From Malacoraja senta (taxonomy: Eukaryota), in the NCBI GenBank assembly GCA_038087875.1, contig CM075995.1:3536001-3600000 (forward strand): 64,000 nucleotides of DNA, written 5' to 3'. Numbering within the stretch: the first letter of the stretch is position 1; each line of letters opens with the position of its first letter. The position numbers and the translations under genes were made by a program. Below are positions 11,911 through 25,870 of the stretch, piece after piece. The notes below the pieces were generated by a model. It had not been told where the DNA came from, did not search any database, and saw nothing but the letters and a program-made list of their open reading frames with translations.

Positions 11911-13621
11911 GTGCAATTCCAGGGATATCACTGATGCAATCATCAGTAACAAAGAATTCAGCGAAACAATCCAAGATCTATTTTGGACAGTATGAGAGAA
12001 CCAGTTCACTGGTCTCCATTCTGTCATAGATATTCCCTTAGTTCTCACCTCCTCCCTCTTCCTTCCATCCAATTCAAAACATACCTTTCTACCATTCCTA
12101 AACTGTGATATAACTGCGCGAATCTCCCAGTAACTAGTTAATTCTGTAATTTTGTATCTGTGAATATTTAATTGATGGTATGATTTCATGTTTGTAAGTA
12201 GTTGATAGTTTGTAAGGAACAGTGCAGAAGAAGATAGACACACAGTGCTGGAGTAACTCAGCGGGACAGGCAACACCCCTGCAGAGAAGGAATGCGTGAC
12301 GTTTTGGGTTGAGACCCTTCTTCAGACTTAGTTACTCCAGCATTTTACATAGATACATAGAAACATAGAAAATAGGTGCAGGAGTAGGCCATTCAGCCCT
12401 TCGGTGTCTATCTTCAGTGTAAACCAGCATCTGCAGTTCCTACTTTGACGAAGTTCTCCTCCTCTCTCCGACGAGAGTTCTGTTACATCCTCTCTCGCAG
12501 CTCCCTCTCCGTGGAGTCTGAAGAAGGGTCTCGACCTGAAATGCCACCCATCCCTTCTCTCCAGAGATGCTGCCTGTCCCGCTGAGTTACTCCAGCATTT
12601 TGTGTCTATCTTCGGTTTAAACCAGCATCTGCAGTTCCTTCCTACACCTTCAACATAGATGTTGTCTTGTTTGTTACCCTTCTGCCATTTGCCTCAGCAA
12701 GCAGCTGAAGAACCAAAGGGCTTCCTGATACTACAATTACTGTGGCTACAATTCAGAAGTCCTCATGAAAAAAAATTTTGAACAGGAAAAGAGAGAAATA
12801 AACGCATATTATTTATTATATTTTCGAGAAGCAACAGCATCAAATGCCTGGGGAAATTGTTTTTGCTCTCTGAGTGTGTACGTATTAAATATTAATTGGT
12901 GAAAACATGAATCACAGTCTCCACGATCTTGCTGCCATTTTGTTTTGACAAGCAGCACAGTAATGAAATCAGTGCCACAAAACATCGGAGATAATGTGAA
13001 ATGGTGAACAAAAATTGTCGAATGTTTAGTTTTCTGAAGGTCAAAGAGCTGTAAGATCCAAGTAAAAATTGACAATAATGAACAATACTCAGAATTTCAT
13101 TGCCCCTTGTTCAGTATAATAGACATTCAGGAATGCCAGAGAAACAAACAACATTTTCTGAAAGAGCTGTTTTCTTGACCAAGCACAGAGCTGTTACTGT
13201 CACACTAAGTTGAAGTGCGATTCTTAAAGTACCAGTGAAATCAGATCCACCCTGTGTACACTAATAGGTTTTTAGATTGATGTTTTATTCTGGTCCTTCA
13301 GACTCAGTTACATGATTTGAAAAAGTGGAATATCTACGTGTTTACTCTGTGTTTTTTTCCATCTCGCACCGTAGACCTCCCACAGACCGAGCAAAGTCCC
13401 TGACACTCTGAAGATAGCTTTGCTGGTAATCTCAGGCCTGTTTGACCGTGCATATTTCCAATGCGCATTTATATGAGCTGGAAATGCAAATCTAATCTGG
13501 GTCACATTTGAAATGGAGACTGACAGGCCTTCCATCTGTGTAAACCCGCATTTATTATTTAACGTAAAATATTTTTCTTATTAAGCGCAGACATAATTCC
13601 GTCTCCGTTCAGTGATATAAA

Positions 13622-13918
13622 TTTTAGTTTTTACAGATACAGCATGTATACAGGCCCTTCGGCCCACCGGGTCCGCACCAACCAGCGATTCCCGCACATT
13701 AGCACAAGCCTACACACACTAGGGACAATTTAGTCTTATACCAAGTAGACAAACACAAGCCAATTAACCTTCAAACCTGTACGTCTTTGGAGTGTGGGGA
13801 AAAAAACCGAAAGGGAGAATGTACAAACTCCATACAGACAGGCACCCATAGTCGGGATTGAACCCACGTCTCTGGCGCTGTAAGGCAGCAACTCTACCGC
13901 TGCGCCACCGTGCCACCC
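13622..13918 (-). mobile_element. V-SINE (HE1-like)
   Basis: Reverse copy with an internal deletion in the V-domain. Confidence 0.8.
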
Positions 13919-14045
13919 GTTGGACCGTTCACTTTCGTTGCTGATGCATAAGAGTGAGTAGGGGCTAAATAAGATTCGAGTTTTGCTCCGTTGGCAAGCA
14001 GATAATTATCTCTGCCCGAAATGGCTGCCAAAGAATAAAAAGGAA

Positions 14046-14755
14046 ATGTACAGGAAGGAACTGCAGATGCTGGTTTACACCGAAGATAGAGACAAAATGC
14101 TGGAGTAACTCAGTGGGACAGGCCGCATCGCTGGAGAGAAGGAATGGGTGATGTTTCGGGTCGAGACCCTTCTTCAGATCGAGAGTCATGGGGCAGGGGC
14201 ACACAGAGATATGGAAGGGTAGGGTGTGAAAACGAGACATCAAAGGGGGCGAAGGTCAAAGAAAATGTAGAATACATTATTGTTAGCTAGTGGAAGGTGA
14301 CAATGAAGCCTACAATGCTTAAAATTGAATGAGGAGGACAGTCAGACTGGTTGGAGAATTAGGATGGGGGAGGAATGTAAGGGAAAGAAGGGTTACTTGA
14401 AGTTAGAGAAATCAATACATACTTCCAACTTCAAGTAACCACTGCATTCCCACTCTCTCCATCCCTCTCCTATCCAAGTCTTTTGTTTTCACCTGGCTAC
14501 AGCTAACAATGACTTGTTTCCTTTATCATTGTTACTTGTTGGCCTATCTTGCATTCATTTGTTCTATATCTCTCTACATCATCGTCTATATCTCTCGTTT
14601 CCCTATCCCCTGACGTTCAGTCTGAAGAATGGGTCTCGACCTGAAAACGTCACCCATTCCTTTTCTCCAGAGATGCTGCCTGTCCCGCTGAGTTACTCCA
14701 GCTTTTTGTGTCTAACTTCGGGTTAAACCAGCATCTGCAGTTCCTTCCTACACAC
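14046..14755. mobile_element. Penelope-like 3' region as an inverted pair
   Basis: Minus-strand terminal repeat (14046-14178) and 3' UTR, mirrored by a plus-strand copy ending GCAGTTCCTTCCTACAC. Confidence 0.7.
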
Positions 14756-15199
14756 GGAGATATGGAAATGATCGAGCAGGGCTCCTTCAGTAGGTTATTG
14801 CCAAGGACATTTGCAGGCTCCTTTCAGCTGCATTGTTTCAGCACACACTCCCTCTGCACAAAAGTCACAGGCTTTGGAGAGCCCTGCCATCGGTCGCATA
14901 ATGGCAAAGCCGAGTCTGACTGGAAAGTCAAAGTGAATAGTGTTGCGGGCACAATGAACAGGCAGCCTAGCACAGACAATAGATCTATTCTTCCATTCTG
15001 CCACTCCTGATCTGAGCCCATCACTTCCACCTCGCATATTCTCTCCCAAGTCACCTTCTTCCTAACACCGCGTCCCACTTTCAATCCCTTTTCTCCCACC
15101 TTCCACCTCTTGGACAATCGCCGTCCCTCCCTCCCTCCCTCCCAAATTCCTGCCCTCACCTTTCACCTTTGCCCTCCAATTGCATTCTATCCCTTGGCA

Positions 15200-15752
15200 A
15201 GGCCAGCAGCATAATCAAGGACGAGTCGCACCCTGGCCACTCCTCAGAAGGCAGTGGAGGCCATTTCTCTGGATGCTTTCACGAGAGAGTTAGATAGAGC
15301 TCTTAAAGATAGCGGAGTCAAGGGATATGGGGAGAAGGCGGGAACGGGGTACTGATTGTGGATGATCAGCCATGATCACATTGAATGGTGGTGCTGGCTC
15401 GAAGGGCCGAATGGCCTACTCCTGCACCTATTGTCTATTGTATGGAAGTGGGAAAACGCACACCTCCAGATTCAGGGACAGTTTCTTCCCAGCTGTTATC
15501 AGGCAATTGAATCGTCCCATTGGAACCAGAGAGCAGTGCTGAACTACCATCTACCCCATTGGAGACCCTCAGACTATCTTTGATCAGATTTCACTGGCTT
15601 TACCTTGCACTAAACATTATTCCCTTTATCATGTGTATGTATACTGTGAATGGCTCGATTGTAATCATGTATTGTCTTTCCGCTGGCAGGTTAGCACACA
15701 CCAAAAGCTTTTCACTGTACACGTGACAATTAACTAAACCAAACTAATCTAA
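15200..15752 (+). mobile_element. Rex1-like 3' fragment (second subfamily) interrupted by a CR1 tail
   Basis: ASSIIKDESHPGH..[CR1 insert ~15243-15442]..TSRFRDSFFPAVIRQLN. Confidence 0.65.
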
Positions 15753-18700
15753 AGATTGCAAGGTTACAACTTAAGGGGGAATTATTTGGCAGATGTTTAC
15801 CATACAAGCACTATGCTAACAAGAAACAAAATTAGATCAAACGAGCAGTCGTGATTCAATGATCTATTTTATCAGCCTTTAATGAAAATGATTTTCTTAC
15901 CATTTTTCACATTAAGTGGCCCTTGTTTGTGAGGTATTTACCATCTGCCACGGGCCAACACTTTGCATATGAATTGAAAGAGATATTAATAAAGTAATTG
16001 AGGGCTTATCCAGAGGTTCGCCTCAGAAGGCCCATTGTTGGGGAAAGGAACACTTATTCCTTATCACTGGTTTTAAGCATCTATTCATCTTTCAAAAAGG
16101 GCAATTATTTGGAATCCATTAAATAGGAATTTATAATACCTCAGAATACTGAATTTTAAATGGGAAACTGTGTTTGGATGAAAGAATACATTAGTATAAA
16201 TCATTGCCGCACTGAAAATCCATGACTAGTCCATTTTTCAAACATTTCTACCCCTTGCCAAGGAAATGAGAGGCTCAGTGATTACTTGATGGGAAAAACA
16301 TGGAGCAGTGGGTGTTGTCAGAATGCTTATTGTACTCACTGGCATCAATGCAGAAACAATAATTGTAGCACCAGTCATAGGTTCATGTTCATGAGTGATA
16401 GAAGAATTAAGGAATTCAGCCCATCTAGTCTACTCTTGTCTGATATATCGATATTGATATATTCATCTATCTTTCCCTCTCAACCCCATTCTCCTGCCTT
16501 CTCCCCATAACCCCTGACACCTATTCTAATCAAGAATTTATCTATCTCTACCTTAAAAATATCCATCGACTTGGCCTCCACAGCCTTCTGTGGCAGAATT
16601 CAACAGATTCACCACACTGACGAAATAAATTCCTCCTAATCTTCCTAAAGTTTATGAAACCGACCCTGACTATGGGTGTTGTCTGTACGTAGTCTGTACC
16701 GTCTCCCCGTGAGACTTCGGTTTAATTCTATTGCTATGACCTCTGGTCCTAGACTCTCCCAATCGTGGGAACATTCTCTCCACATCCACTCTATCCAAGC
16801 CTTTCACTATTCGGTACGTTTCAACGAGGTCACCCCTCATCCTTCGAAACTACAGGTCCAGTGCTGTCAAACGCTAATCATATGTTCTTCATATAGCATC
16901 ACAGTCAAAACGGAATTCTTTACGCCAATGTGTTGTGGAGGTTTCATCACAGGAGTTATTTAAAGTGGATTTTTTAAAGTTCATTTTGGAGATTCGGAAT
17001 GGAAACAGGCCCTACGACCCACCACGTTCAGCGATCACCCATACACATTCTATCCTACACACTAGCGACAATTTACAGAAGGCAAGTAACCTACATATCT
17101 GCACGTCTTTGGAATGTGGGAGGAAACCGGAACATCCGGAGAAAATCTACGGGGAGAATGCAGAAACTCCATCCAGACGGCACCTGTAGACAGGATCGAA
17201 CCAGGGTCTCAGGCGCTGTGAGGCAGCAGCTCTACCACTGCGCCACCATGCCACCATGGACATTAGATCATTGGAGGTATTTCGAGTATTTTTTTAGTTT
17301 AGTTTAGAAATACAGTGTGGAATTGGACCCTTCAGCCCACATCAGGCAACTGAACCATCCTATGAAGAAGTAGAGGGCAGTCCTGAGCTACTATCTACCT
17401 CACTGGAGACCGTTGGAATATCTTTAATCAGACTTTACTGGACCATCTTGCACTGAACGTTATTCCCTTTATCATGTATCTGTACACTGTGGTTGTTATC
17501 ATGTATTGTCTTTCCGCTGGCTGGATAGCACGCAACAAAATCTTTCCACTGTACCATGGTACACGTGACATACCAAACTAAACCGTGTCCACGCCACCCA
17601 GACGAACACCAATACACTAGTGTAGGAAAGAACTGCAGATGCTGGTTTAAATCGAAGCTAGACACCAAATGCTAGAGTAACTCAGCGGGACAGGCAGCAT
17701 CTTTGGAGAGAAGGAATGGGTGACGTTTCGGGTCGAGACTGAAGAAGGTTTCTCGACCCGAAACGTCACCCATTCCTTCTCGCCAGAGATGCTGCCTGTC
17801 CCGCTGAGTTACCCCAGCATTTTGTGTCTACCCATACACTAGTTCTATCCTGCACACCAGAGACAATTTACAGAAGATAATTAACATACAAACCTGCACG
17901 TCTTTGGAACGTGGAAGGAAACAACTTGCCCACTCCAACCTACATGCCCCATTTGCACTAGTCCCACCTGACTACATTTGGCCCATATCCCTCTAAACCT
18001 GTCCTGGTAGGAGAATGGAGTTGAAAAGGAAAGATAGATCAGCCATGATTAAATGGTGAAGTTGACTTGATGTGCCGAATGACCTATTTCAGCTCCTATC
18101 ATTTATGATCTTAGGAAACCGATCCTGACTACGGGTGCTGTCTGTACGTAGTTTGTACGTTCTCCCTGTAACCTATGTGGGTTTTCTCGGAGATCTTCGG
18201 TTTCATCCCTCACTCCAAAGGCGTACAGGTTTGTACATTAATTGGCTTGGTATAATTGTAAATTCTCCCTCGAGTGTTTGGGATAGTGCTAGAATGCAGG
18301 GATCGCTGGTAAGTGCGGACTCGGTGGGCCGAAGGGCCTGTTTCCGCATTGTATCTCTAAACTAAAGAAGAGTTGAGGTGTGGAGCAGGTCACACATAAA
18401 CGTACTAAATAACGGAACAGGTTTAAAGGGCCTTAAAGGGCTGTCTTTCTCTTCATCATGTTTTCATGTGTTCTTTCCTTCTTCTGGAAAAAAAAGTTCT
18501 GGAAAGCTGAAATGAAAAAAACCAGAGAATGCTGGAAATACTTAGCAGGTGAAACATGTCTATTTGTGATGTAAAGTCACCAATCAGCAACGTCAACTTT
18601 GCTTCTCTGCACAAATGCTGCCTGGCCATCAATTTTATATCAAAGTCACGTGAGTGACTACGTGAAGAGCCCGCCAGTCTGCATGCACGTCAATACGCGG

Positions 18701-18809
18701 ACGCATGGCGCGCGAGTCGGAGCAGTTCGAAACTGCTCTGGCCGGTAAGTCAATTTTATTTCCAGCGGGCCGCTGTGGTAGTGGGCCCGGTAAGTAGCTG
18801 ATGGTTTTG

Positions 18810-19040
18810 GGCCACCGTGGAAGCTCCAAAAGGAGCTAGAAAAAATGTTGCGGCTGCCGCCGTTGGAGCTCCGAACAGGAGCAGGCGGCCGGAATTGGAG
18901 GCCGCCATGGGGCTCCATAGGAGCTGGGAATGAGATATTGTGGCTGCCGGCATTAGAGCCCCAAACGGGAGCAGGCAGTCAAATTTGGAGGCCGCCGTGG
19001 GCTCCGTAAGGAGCTAGGATTTCATAATTGTGGCTGCCGG
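18810..19040 (+). repeat. 90-bp tandem repeat (~2.5 copies) inside the DIRS 5' region
   Basis: G(C/T)GGCTGCCG recurs at 18850, 18940 and 19030. Confidence 0.75.
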
Positions 19041-19781
19041 CGCAGCCAGGTCAACAATCGCTGCAGGAGGTTTAGCAGCAGCCGGTGAGTTAAAAACAGC
19101 CACGGCCAGGAGCTACCGCTCAGGTAAGCTCAGCTGCCGTAGCACCGAGCAATTTTAAACATAGTTACTGCTTGCTGAGGGGCTCAGCTATGCTGCAGCA
19201 GCATATAGTGTATGCTTTATTTTTGGGCGGCTATAAATAGAGTTGGCATTAATAGCGGTTGCCACTCGGTCACGTTTGTGACTATCGTAGTAGATAGCAT
19301 TCAAAGGTCATGTGACAACACCTGGCAGGGTTGCAGTATTTCTCCCACTCTGTCTAGCGGACTATCGGGAAGAGGTGACTCCGATTATAATGCCGGCTCA
19401 TCCGAGTCATATGGGGGCCAGAGGCCTGAGGAAAGAACACCTGGTTCAGGGTTGCGCTCTATTTCCTCCCTAAAATACTCCGTTGAGGCTCCAGAAGGGA
19501 GCAAGGACTCGGAGTGACCAGCAGGTGCAACCTATCTGGTAGGTATAATAAATAATGATGACTTATACCGACAGAGCGCCGATCTGCACAGCTAGTCCCG
19601 ATTCAGCTCCTAGAGGGAGCAGCTTGACAACCCCGAGTCGGGGCAAAGTCAAAGCCAAGTCTGTGGGACAAGTCCTATTGGATGATTTGAGTCAAGGGGA
19701 TTCTGTCCCCACATCTATGCAGATGTGATTGGCCATTTGTCTCAATTGGAACATCTGATGAATCAGATGGTGGCATGAGAA

Positions 19782-20250
19782 ATGCTCCGTGTTACGGAGG
19801 CATGTACAGGCATTTCGAATCATATGCCTAAGGCAGCTCCTGGTTCAGGGTTGCAATATTCCTCCCACTCGGATGAAAGGAGTGTTGGAGATGGTGCCAA
19901 ATAATATGCTCCGTGTTACGGATGCATGCACAGGCAGTTCAAGTAATACGCCTGTAGCAACTCCTGGTTCAGGGTTGCAATATTCCTCCCACTCGGATGA
20001 AAGGAGTGTTGGAGATGGTGCCAAATAATATGCTCCGTGTTACGGATGCATGCACAGGCAGTTCAAGTAATACGCCTGTAGCAACTCCTGGTTCAGGGTT
20101 GCAATATTCCTCCCACTCGGAAGAGTATCGGAAATGGTGGCACAAAATATGCTCCGTGTTACGGAGGCATGCACAGGCAGTTCGACTCATACGCCTGTGG
20201 CAACCCCTGGTTCAGGCTTGCACTATTTCTCCCACTCTACGGGAGTGTCA
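19782..20250 (+). repeat. ~124-bp tandem repeat (~4 copies) inside the DIRS element
   Basis: ATGCTCCGTGTTACGG starts at 19782, 19906, 20030 and 20149. Confidence 0.9.
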
Positions 20251-22697
20251 GAGATCAGTATGGAGCTGACTCCCAACATGAGTATGTGCCTGAATCCCAT
20301 GCTTTAATGCATGATGTACGAGAGTCGCATAAGGAATAGCTGCCTGTTCTTGACTTTCAATTTGCTGTTCCCTCGGGGACGGGCACGTCACTACAAGAGG
20401 AGTTGGCCAGCGGCATCAGCTATCTAACATCACACCAGCTGAAGAAATGGCAAGCATGACAGACAGGGTCTGCAAATAGAACTTCGCTGAAGCTCCAACA
20501 AGCAAATCGACCCGGGTTCAGAGATGCTGGCAGGTAAGGTCTCTTTATTAACCTCCGTAAAACTCCGAGATGGAGCAGTCTGTCGGCCCAGGTTTGGGTT
20601 TACTGGCAGTATGGGCTGTCTAGTATTTTTTCACTGTCTCTGGGATAGATCAGGTTGATGCAGAGACATTGGCAGGGTGCCTTGCATAGTAACCTCTGTA
20701 AGTTCCAAGTAGGAACAGCTTGGTTACCCTGGTTCAGGGTAGACCATCATGGAACTGGCTGGCCATATGGGTCATATTGACCAGGGAAGCACTGCCTCAT
20801 CATCTGTGATTGAGGTTATCAGGCTGCTCAGTAGAATAAAGTAGTTGAAGTCTCCCTCAACACATGTTTAAATTTCTGCTCAGTTAGTAGAGTTGCCGGT
20901 TCATTGGAAACATCATTGCCATCCTCTCTGGGATAGGTAGCTACCAGCAGGAAGCTGGTTTGGCATATAATATATTTTTTATCTGACCTGCAGGTTCATG
21001 TTGTGAATCAACAATGTATTTATAATACTCCGTAGGCTCTCAATACCAGTATTCCTGATAGAGTGGTGGGTCGAAGAGATTGTGTTGTGCACTCTGGCGA
21101 CTCAGACAAATGGTTTCAGTCAGAGGACTGCGAAGCATTTCCTGATTCAGGTTTGCATTATGCTAAATTGACAGGGAACTCGGATTCCCACATCAAGGGG
21201 AGACTGTGTTTTCAGCTCTAGTCATAAGGTTCCGTCCGTATGGTCAATAGAATGGTGGTTCCGAGTGGAATCAGTGACATCTCATCAGAGGATGAGTGGT
21301 CTGGCCAAGAACGAGAGGGGTATATTTCTGATACTTCTCAAGATTACAGAAACAGGGAGCATGCCGAATCAGGTTAGCATTTAGCTAATCTGATCATGTG
21401 TGTTTAGTTACCCAGTTTAAGATGGATGATTGGCTTTCAGCAACTTAACTGATTCAGAGAATCGATCTTGAAGATGCATACTTTGCCATATCTATATACA
21501 TGAGGCACAGATTATCTGGTGTTTTGATAACATAGCCAGTGGTGGAAGCCAATGCTGCCCTACTCAGATCAAAGGGCATTGTGTCATCCAGTTTTAGATA
21601 ATATGCAAAATTTGCAGCTGATAATTCTTGGGGATTATCAGTAGATACCTCTTGTGATATTAAGAATGAGGCAACATGAAATTTAATAGTGCCAATTTTG
21701 CCTATTCATTCAGGCCATGGTAAAGCGGCTGAAGCAACTCCTTTTTACTCGGTCACAAGTGATGGCTGGGGCAACCTGTCTTGTCGGGCAGCTAGCTCTG
21801 CATGATTGTATGGGAAGTTTGTGAACAAAACATGTGAGGTACTTTTAAACGGAAGTAACAGAGGCTTTCGGTTTGAGCCTAGAGAAGCATTTATGTGACA
21901 GCACAATTGACACTGCTTGTGCTGCTTTGTCATTCTCTATAGCACCATAAGTGGGACAATAAATGATTGGTTATTCACCCGCTGTTCACTAACGTTATGC
22001 AGGGTGTCTTTTATATGACCACTCTAATAGCCTACACTCATTGTAGTGTGCGATGTATATCAGTAAATTATTATGCAAATATTCTTCTAATGGGAGCAGT
22101 ATTTTTAAGATGATTATGCTTTCAGCAACTGATCTCAGCACAAAGAACACAGTCTTTACTCAATCTCTGGCAAGGTCTCCGGGTCATAACTGACATTAGG
22201 GTAGTTTATTATGGGAATGATCTCATAAGCAAAATGGGCATGATTGCGTACATTTGAAGTTGACAGCATACCCACCAGAGCAGAGATTGTGGGTGTCATT
22301 AGGTATACAAGTGCACTGAGCTTGCTAGTACCTATGAGATGAAAGATAGTTTCTTTATTGTTATTCAATAGTCTCAAGATATTGCTGATGGCTCATTAGC
22401 AGCCAATAGAATGGATAATTCCCTTTCATCATACAGCAAGAGGCTTACATAGTGCGTGTTAATAAATTATAAAATTTGGTTGAATATGTCTGGATATTTG
22501 CAGATAGAATTCTGCATAGTGTTGCATGAGTTATTGTCTAACTTTTGGGACTATGGTCTGGTTAAGAACAATGGCCATGTATGCAAGTTAGCATCATGGT
22601 ATTAATAACCCATGTTTTTTCTACCATTAATGGTTTATCTGTTTAAGTGTTTCACACACAGATTGGGTTACTGCATGAAACCACAGAGCTTTGGAGA

Positions 22698-22808
22698 CTT
22701 CACGTAGTCACTCACGTGACTTCGATATAAAATAGAAAGATTAAACGAGAACTTACCGTTTGAAGTTTGATCTTTATTTTATGAGAAGTTGAAGTGAGGG
22801 AATACGTG
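22698..22808. other. DIRS internal complementary region (ICR)
   Basis: First part is the reverse complement of 18633-18667 and second part of 22953-23031, each with 1 mismatch; they overlap at AAA. Confidence 0.9.
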
Positions 22809-23218
22809 CCCTCCACTCCCAACCCTACTTCTCATAAAGATCATTCGGTAGTTCTAAGGTCGTTAATCCTTCTATAGCTTAGGTCAGCAACTATTCTGTG
22901 GTTTCATACAGCTGTTCTAAAGATTGACGCGCATGCGGACTGGCGGGCTCTTCACGTATTCCCTCACTTCAACTTCTCATAAAATAAAGATCAAACTTCA
23001 AATGGTAAGTTCTCGTTTAATCTTTCTATTTCTAGCTTAATTAATAGAGCAATCCTGAGGCAAGCAAATACATCTGTGACAGTAGGATATGTACAAATCA
23101 AAGGGAACGATAGCCTATAATAAGTATTAAATATTATTAAATATTGTGTCTGAAGAAAGGTCCCGACCCGAAATGTCACCCGTCCTTTTTCTCCAAAGAT
23201 GCTGCCTGGCCCGCTGAG

Positions 23219-23527
23219 TAGTTTAGTTTAGAGATAAAGCGCTGAAACAGGCCCTTCGGCCCACCGGGTTCACACCGACCAGCGATCCCCACGCACTAAC
23301 ACTACCCTACAAACACTAGGGACAATTTTACATTCATACCAAGCCAATTAACTTACAAACCTGTATGTCTTTGAAGTGAGGGTGGAAACCGAAGATCTCG
23401 GAGAAAACCCACGTAGGTCACGGGGAGAACGTACAAACTCCGTACAGACAAGCACCCGTAGTCAGGATCGAACCAGGGTCTCTGGCACTGTAAGGCGGCA
23501 GCTCTACCGCTGTGCCACCCTGCCGCC
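23219..23527 (-). mobile_element. V-SINE (HE1-like)
   Basis: Full reverse copy. Confidence 0.85.
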
Positions 23528-24914
23528 TATACTCCCACAGATTTTGTCTACCATCCCTAAATATCGCGGACTGATGTGTTTTTTTTTTTAACATTCTAGG
23601 GGTAGAAATGAATCCAGTGCAGTCGTCCTAAAATGACAGCAGTGAATGAATTAAACACACTTCTCCAGTAACTGCAACCCCTCCTGCAATGGAAGTAGTA
23701 AAGGTCATTTAACAAACAAAGGAAGTATTTTCCTTGGAGAGCTTGTATAGTGTGCTGTGAAGCACAAGCAAAGTATTCTTGAATTGTGGTCATGGTTGTA
23801 AGGCCAGAAATTTGCAAGCAGTTCCCATAAACATCAAGAAACAGTGAACTGCAGTTAACCACAAAAGTCTGGAGTAACTCAGCGGGACAGGCAGCATCTC
23901 TGGAGAGAAGGAATAGGTGACGTTTTGGGTCGAGACATTTCTTCACACTCAGGGGAGAGGGAAACTGGAGGTATGGAAAGGTGCAGAGAGAATGTAAAGT
24001 GTGAAAACGACAGATCATAGCTGAGGATGATCCTCGAGCTGGAGCGCTGGAGGAATCACAGAAGGGGAGCAACGAGAGAGGGTGTCGCTGAACGCTCGTC
24101 GGAGAGAGGAGGAGAACTTCTTCAAAGTCCTTCTTGAAAGGAGGAGATTTCGCAGTGGAGCAGACGAAATGTGTCGGAAAGAACTGCAGATGCTGGTTCA
24201 CACCGAAGATGGACACTCAAGGATGCCAGACAATGCATCTGTGGAAGACATGGATGGATGATGTTTCGGGTCAAGACCCTTCTTCAGACTGAGTTCCAGC
24301 GGAGTTACTCCAGACACTTTGTCTCTTCTTTTGTAAACCAACATCTGCAGTACCCTTCCATATCATCAATTTCCCTCTCCCCTGTATGTTTGTGAGAGGA
24401 ATAGATCAGGTAGATGCACACAGTCTCTTGCCCATTGTAGGTGCATCGAGGACCAGAGGACATGGGTTTAAGTTGAAGGAGAAAAGATTTAATAGGAATC
24501 TGAAGAGTAACTTTTTCACACAGTGGTAGTATGGAACGAGCTGCCAGAGGAGGCAATTGATGCAGAGACTATCTCAATGTTTAAGATACATTTAGATAGG
24601 TTCATGGATAGGACAGGTTTGGAGGGATATGGACCAAACTCGTGCAAGTGGGTCTAGTGAAGCTGGAACATGTTGGCCGGTATGGGCAAGTTGGGCTGAA
24701 GGGCCTGTTGCACGCTGAATCACTCTATGACTCTATGACCTACTACACACAATGGTCCTTGGCATTTATTGTCCTTTAGAAGTAGTGATGGGCCCCTTTC
24801 TTAAACTGCAGCAGTTCCTCTGGTGAGATTTCCACTGTGGGTAAGGAGTGCTCAGATTGAGACACAGATGGCCCAGATGTCACTTGCACATGCCTAAATG
24901 TTGCTTGGATAGCA

Positions 24915-25870
24915 TCATAGAGCCATAGAGCCATAGAGCCATAGACCCATAGACCCATAGACCCATAGAGCTGTAGAGCTGTACAGCCATTGACCCATAG
25001 ACCCATAGACCCATAGACACATAGACCCATAGACCCATAGAGCCACTGACCCATAGACCCATAGACCCATAGACCCATAGAGCCACTGACCCATAGACCC
25101 ATAGACCCATAGACCCATGGACCCATAGACCCACAGACCCACAGACCCATAGACCCACAGACCCACAGACCCACAGACCCATGGACCCATAGACCCATAG
25201 ACCCATGGACCCACAGACCCACAGACCCATAGACCCACAGACCCATAGACCCATAGACCCATAGACCCATAGACCCATAGACCCATAGACCCATGGACCC
25301 ATAGACCCATAGACCCATAGACCCATAGACCCATAGACCCATGGACCCATGGACCCATAGACCCATAGACCCATAGACCCATGGACCCATAGACCCATGG
25401 ACCCATAGACCCACAGACCCACAGACCCATAGACCCATAGACCCATAGACCCATGGGCCCATAGACCCATGGACCCATAGACCCATGGACCCATAGACCC
25501 ATAGACCCATAGACCCATAGACCCATAGACCCATGGACCCATGGACCCATAGACCCATAGACCCATAGACCCATGGACCCATAGACCCATGGACCCATAG
25601 ACCCACAGACCCACAGACCCATAGACCCATAGACCCATAGACCCATGGGCCCATAGACCCATGGACCCATAGACCCATGGACCCACAGACCCATAGACCC
25701 ATAGAGCCATGGACCCATAGACCCACAGACCCATGGACCCATAGACCCATAGACCCATAGACCCATAGACCCATAGAGCCATAGAGCCATAGACCCATTG
25801 AACCATAGAGCCATAAAGCCACGGCACCATTGAGCCATAGACCCATACACCCATAGACCCATAGAGCTGT
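24915..25870. repeat. (GACCCATA)n 8-bp array, ~950 bp, with a 192-bp higher-order duplication
   Basis: Variants GACCCATG and GACCCACA; rare GGGCCC marker at 25455 and 25647. Confidence 0.95.

Larger units (their letters stand above)
18634..23031 (+). mobile_element. DIRS1-type tyrosine-recombinase retrotransposon; termini intact, coding region degenerate
   Basis: Left ITR core 18659-18694 is inverted to 22923-22958. The ICR at 22698-22808 is complementary to both outer ends, and both ends are TTT. Remnants: RT QFKMD..IDLEDAYFAISI (21461-21496); YR N-terminus LCDSTIDTACAALSF (21891-21935) and HPLFTNVMQGVF (from 21976). Confidence 0.9.

Noticed and set aside
19782..20250. Possible CRISPR-like array (also 39684-40028)
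   Set aside because: Whole units repeat with no unique spacers; eukaryotic context and no cas genes.
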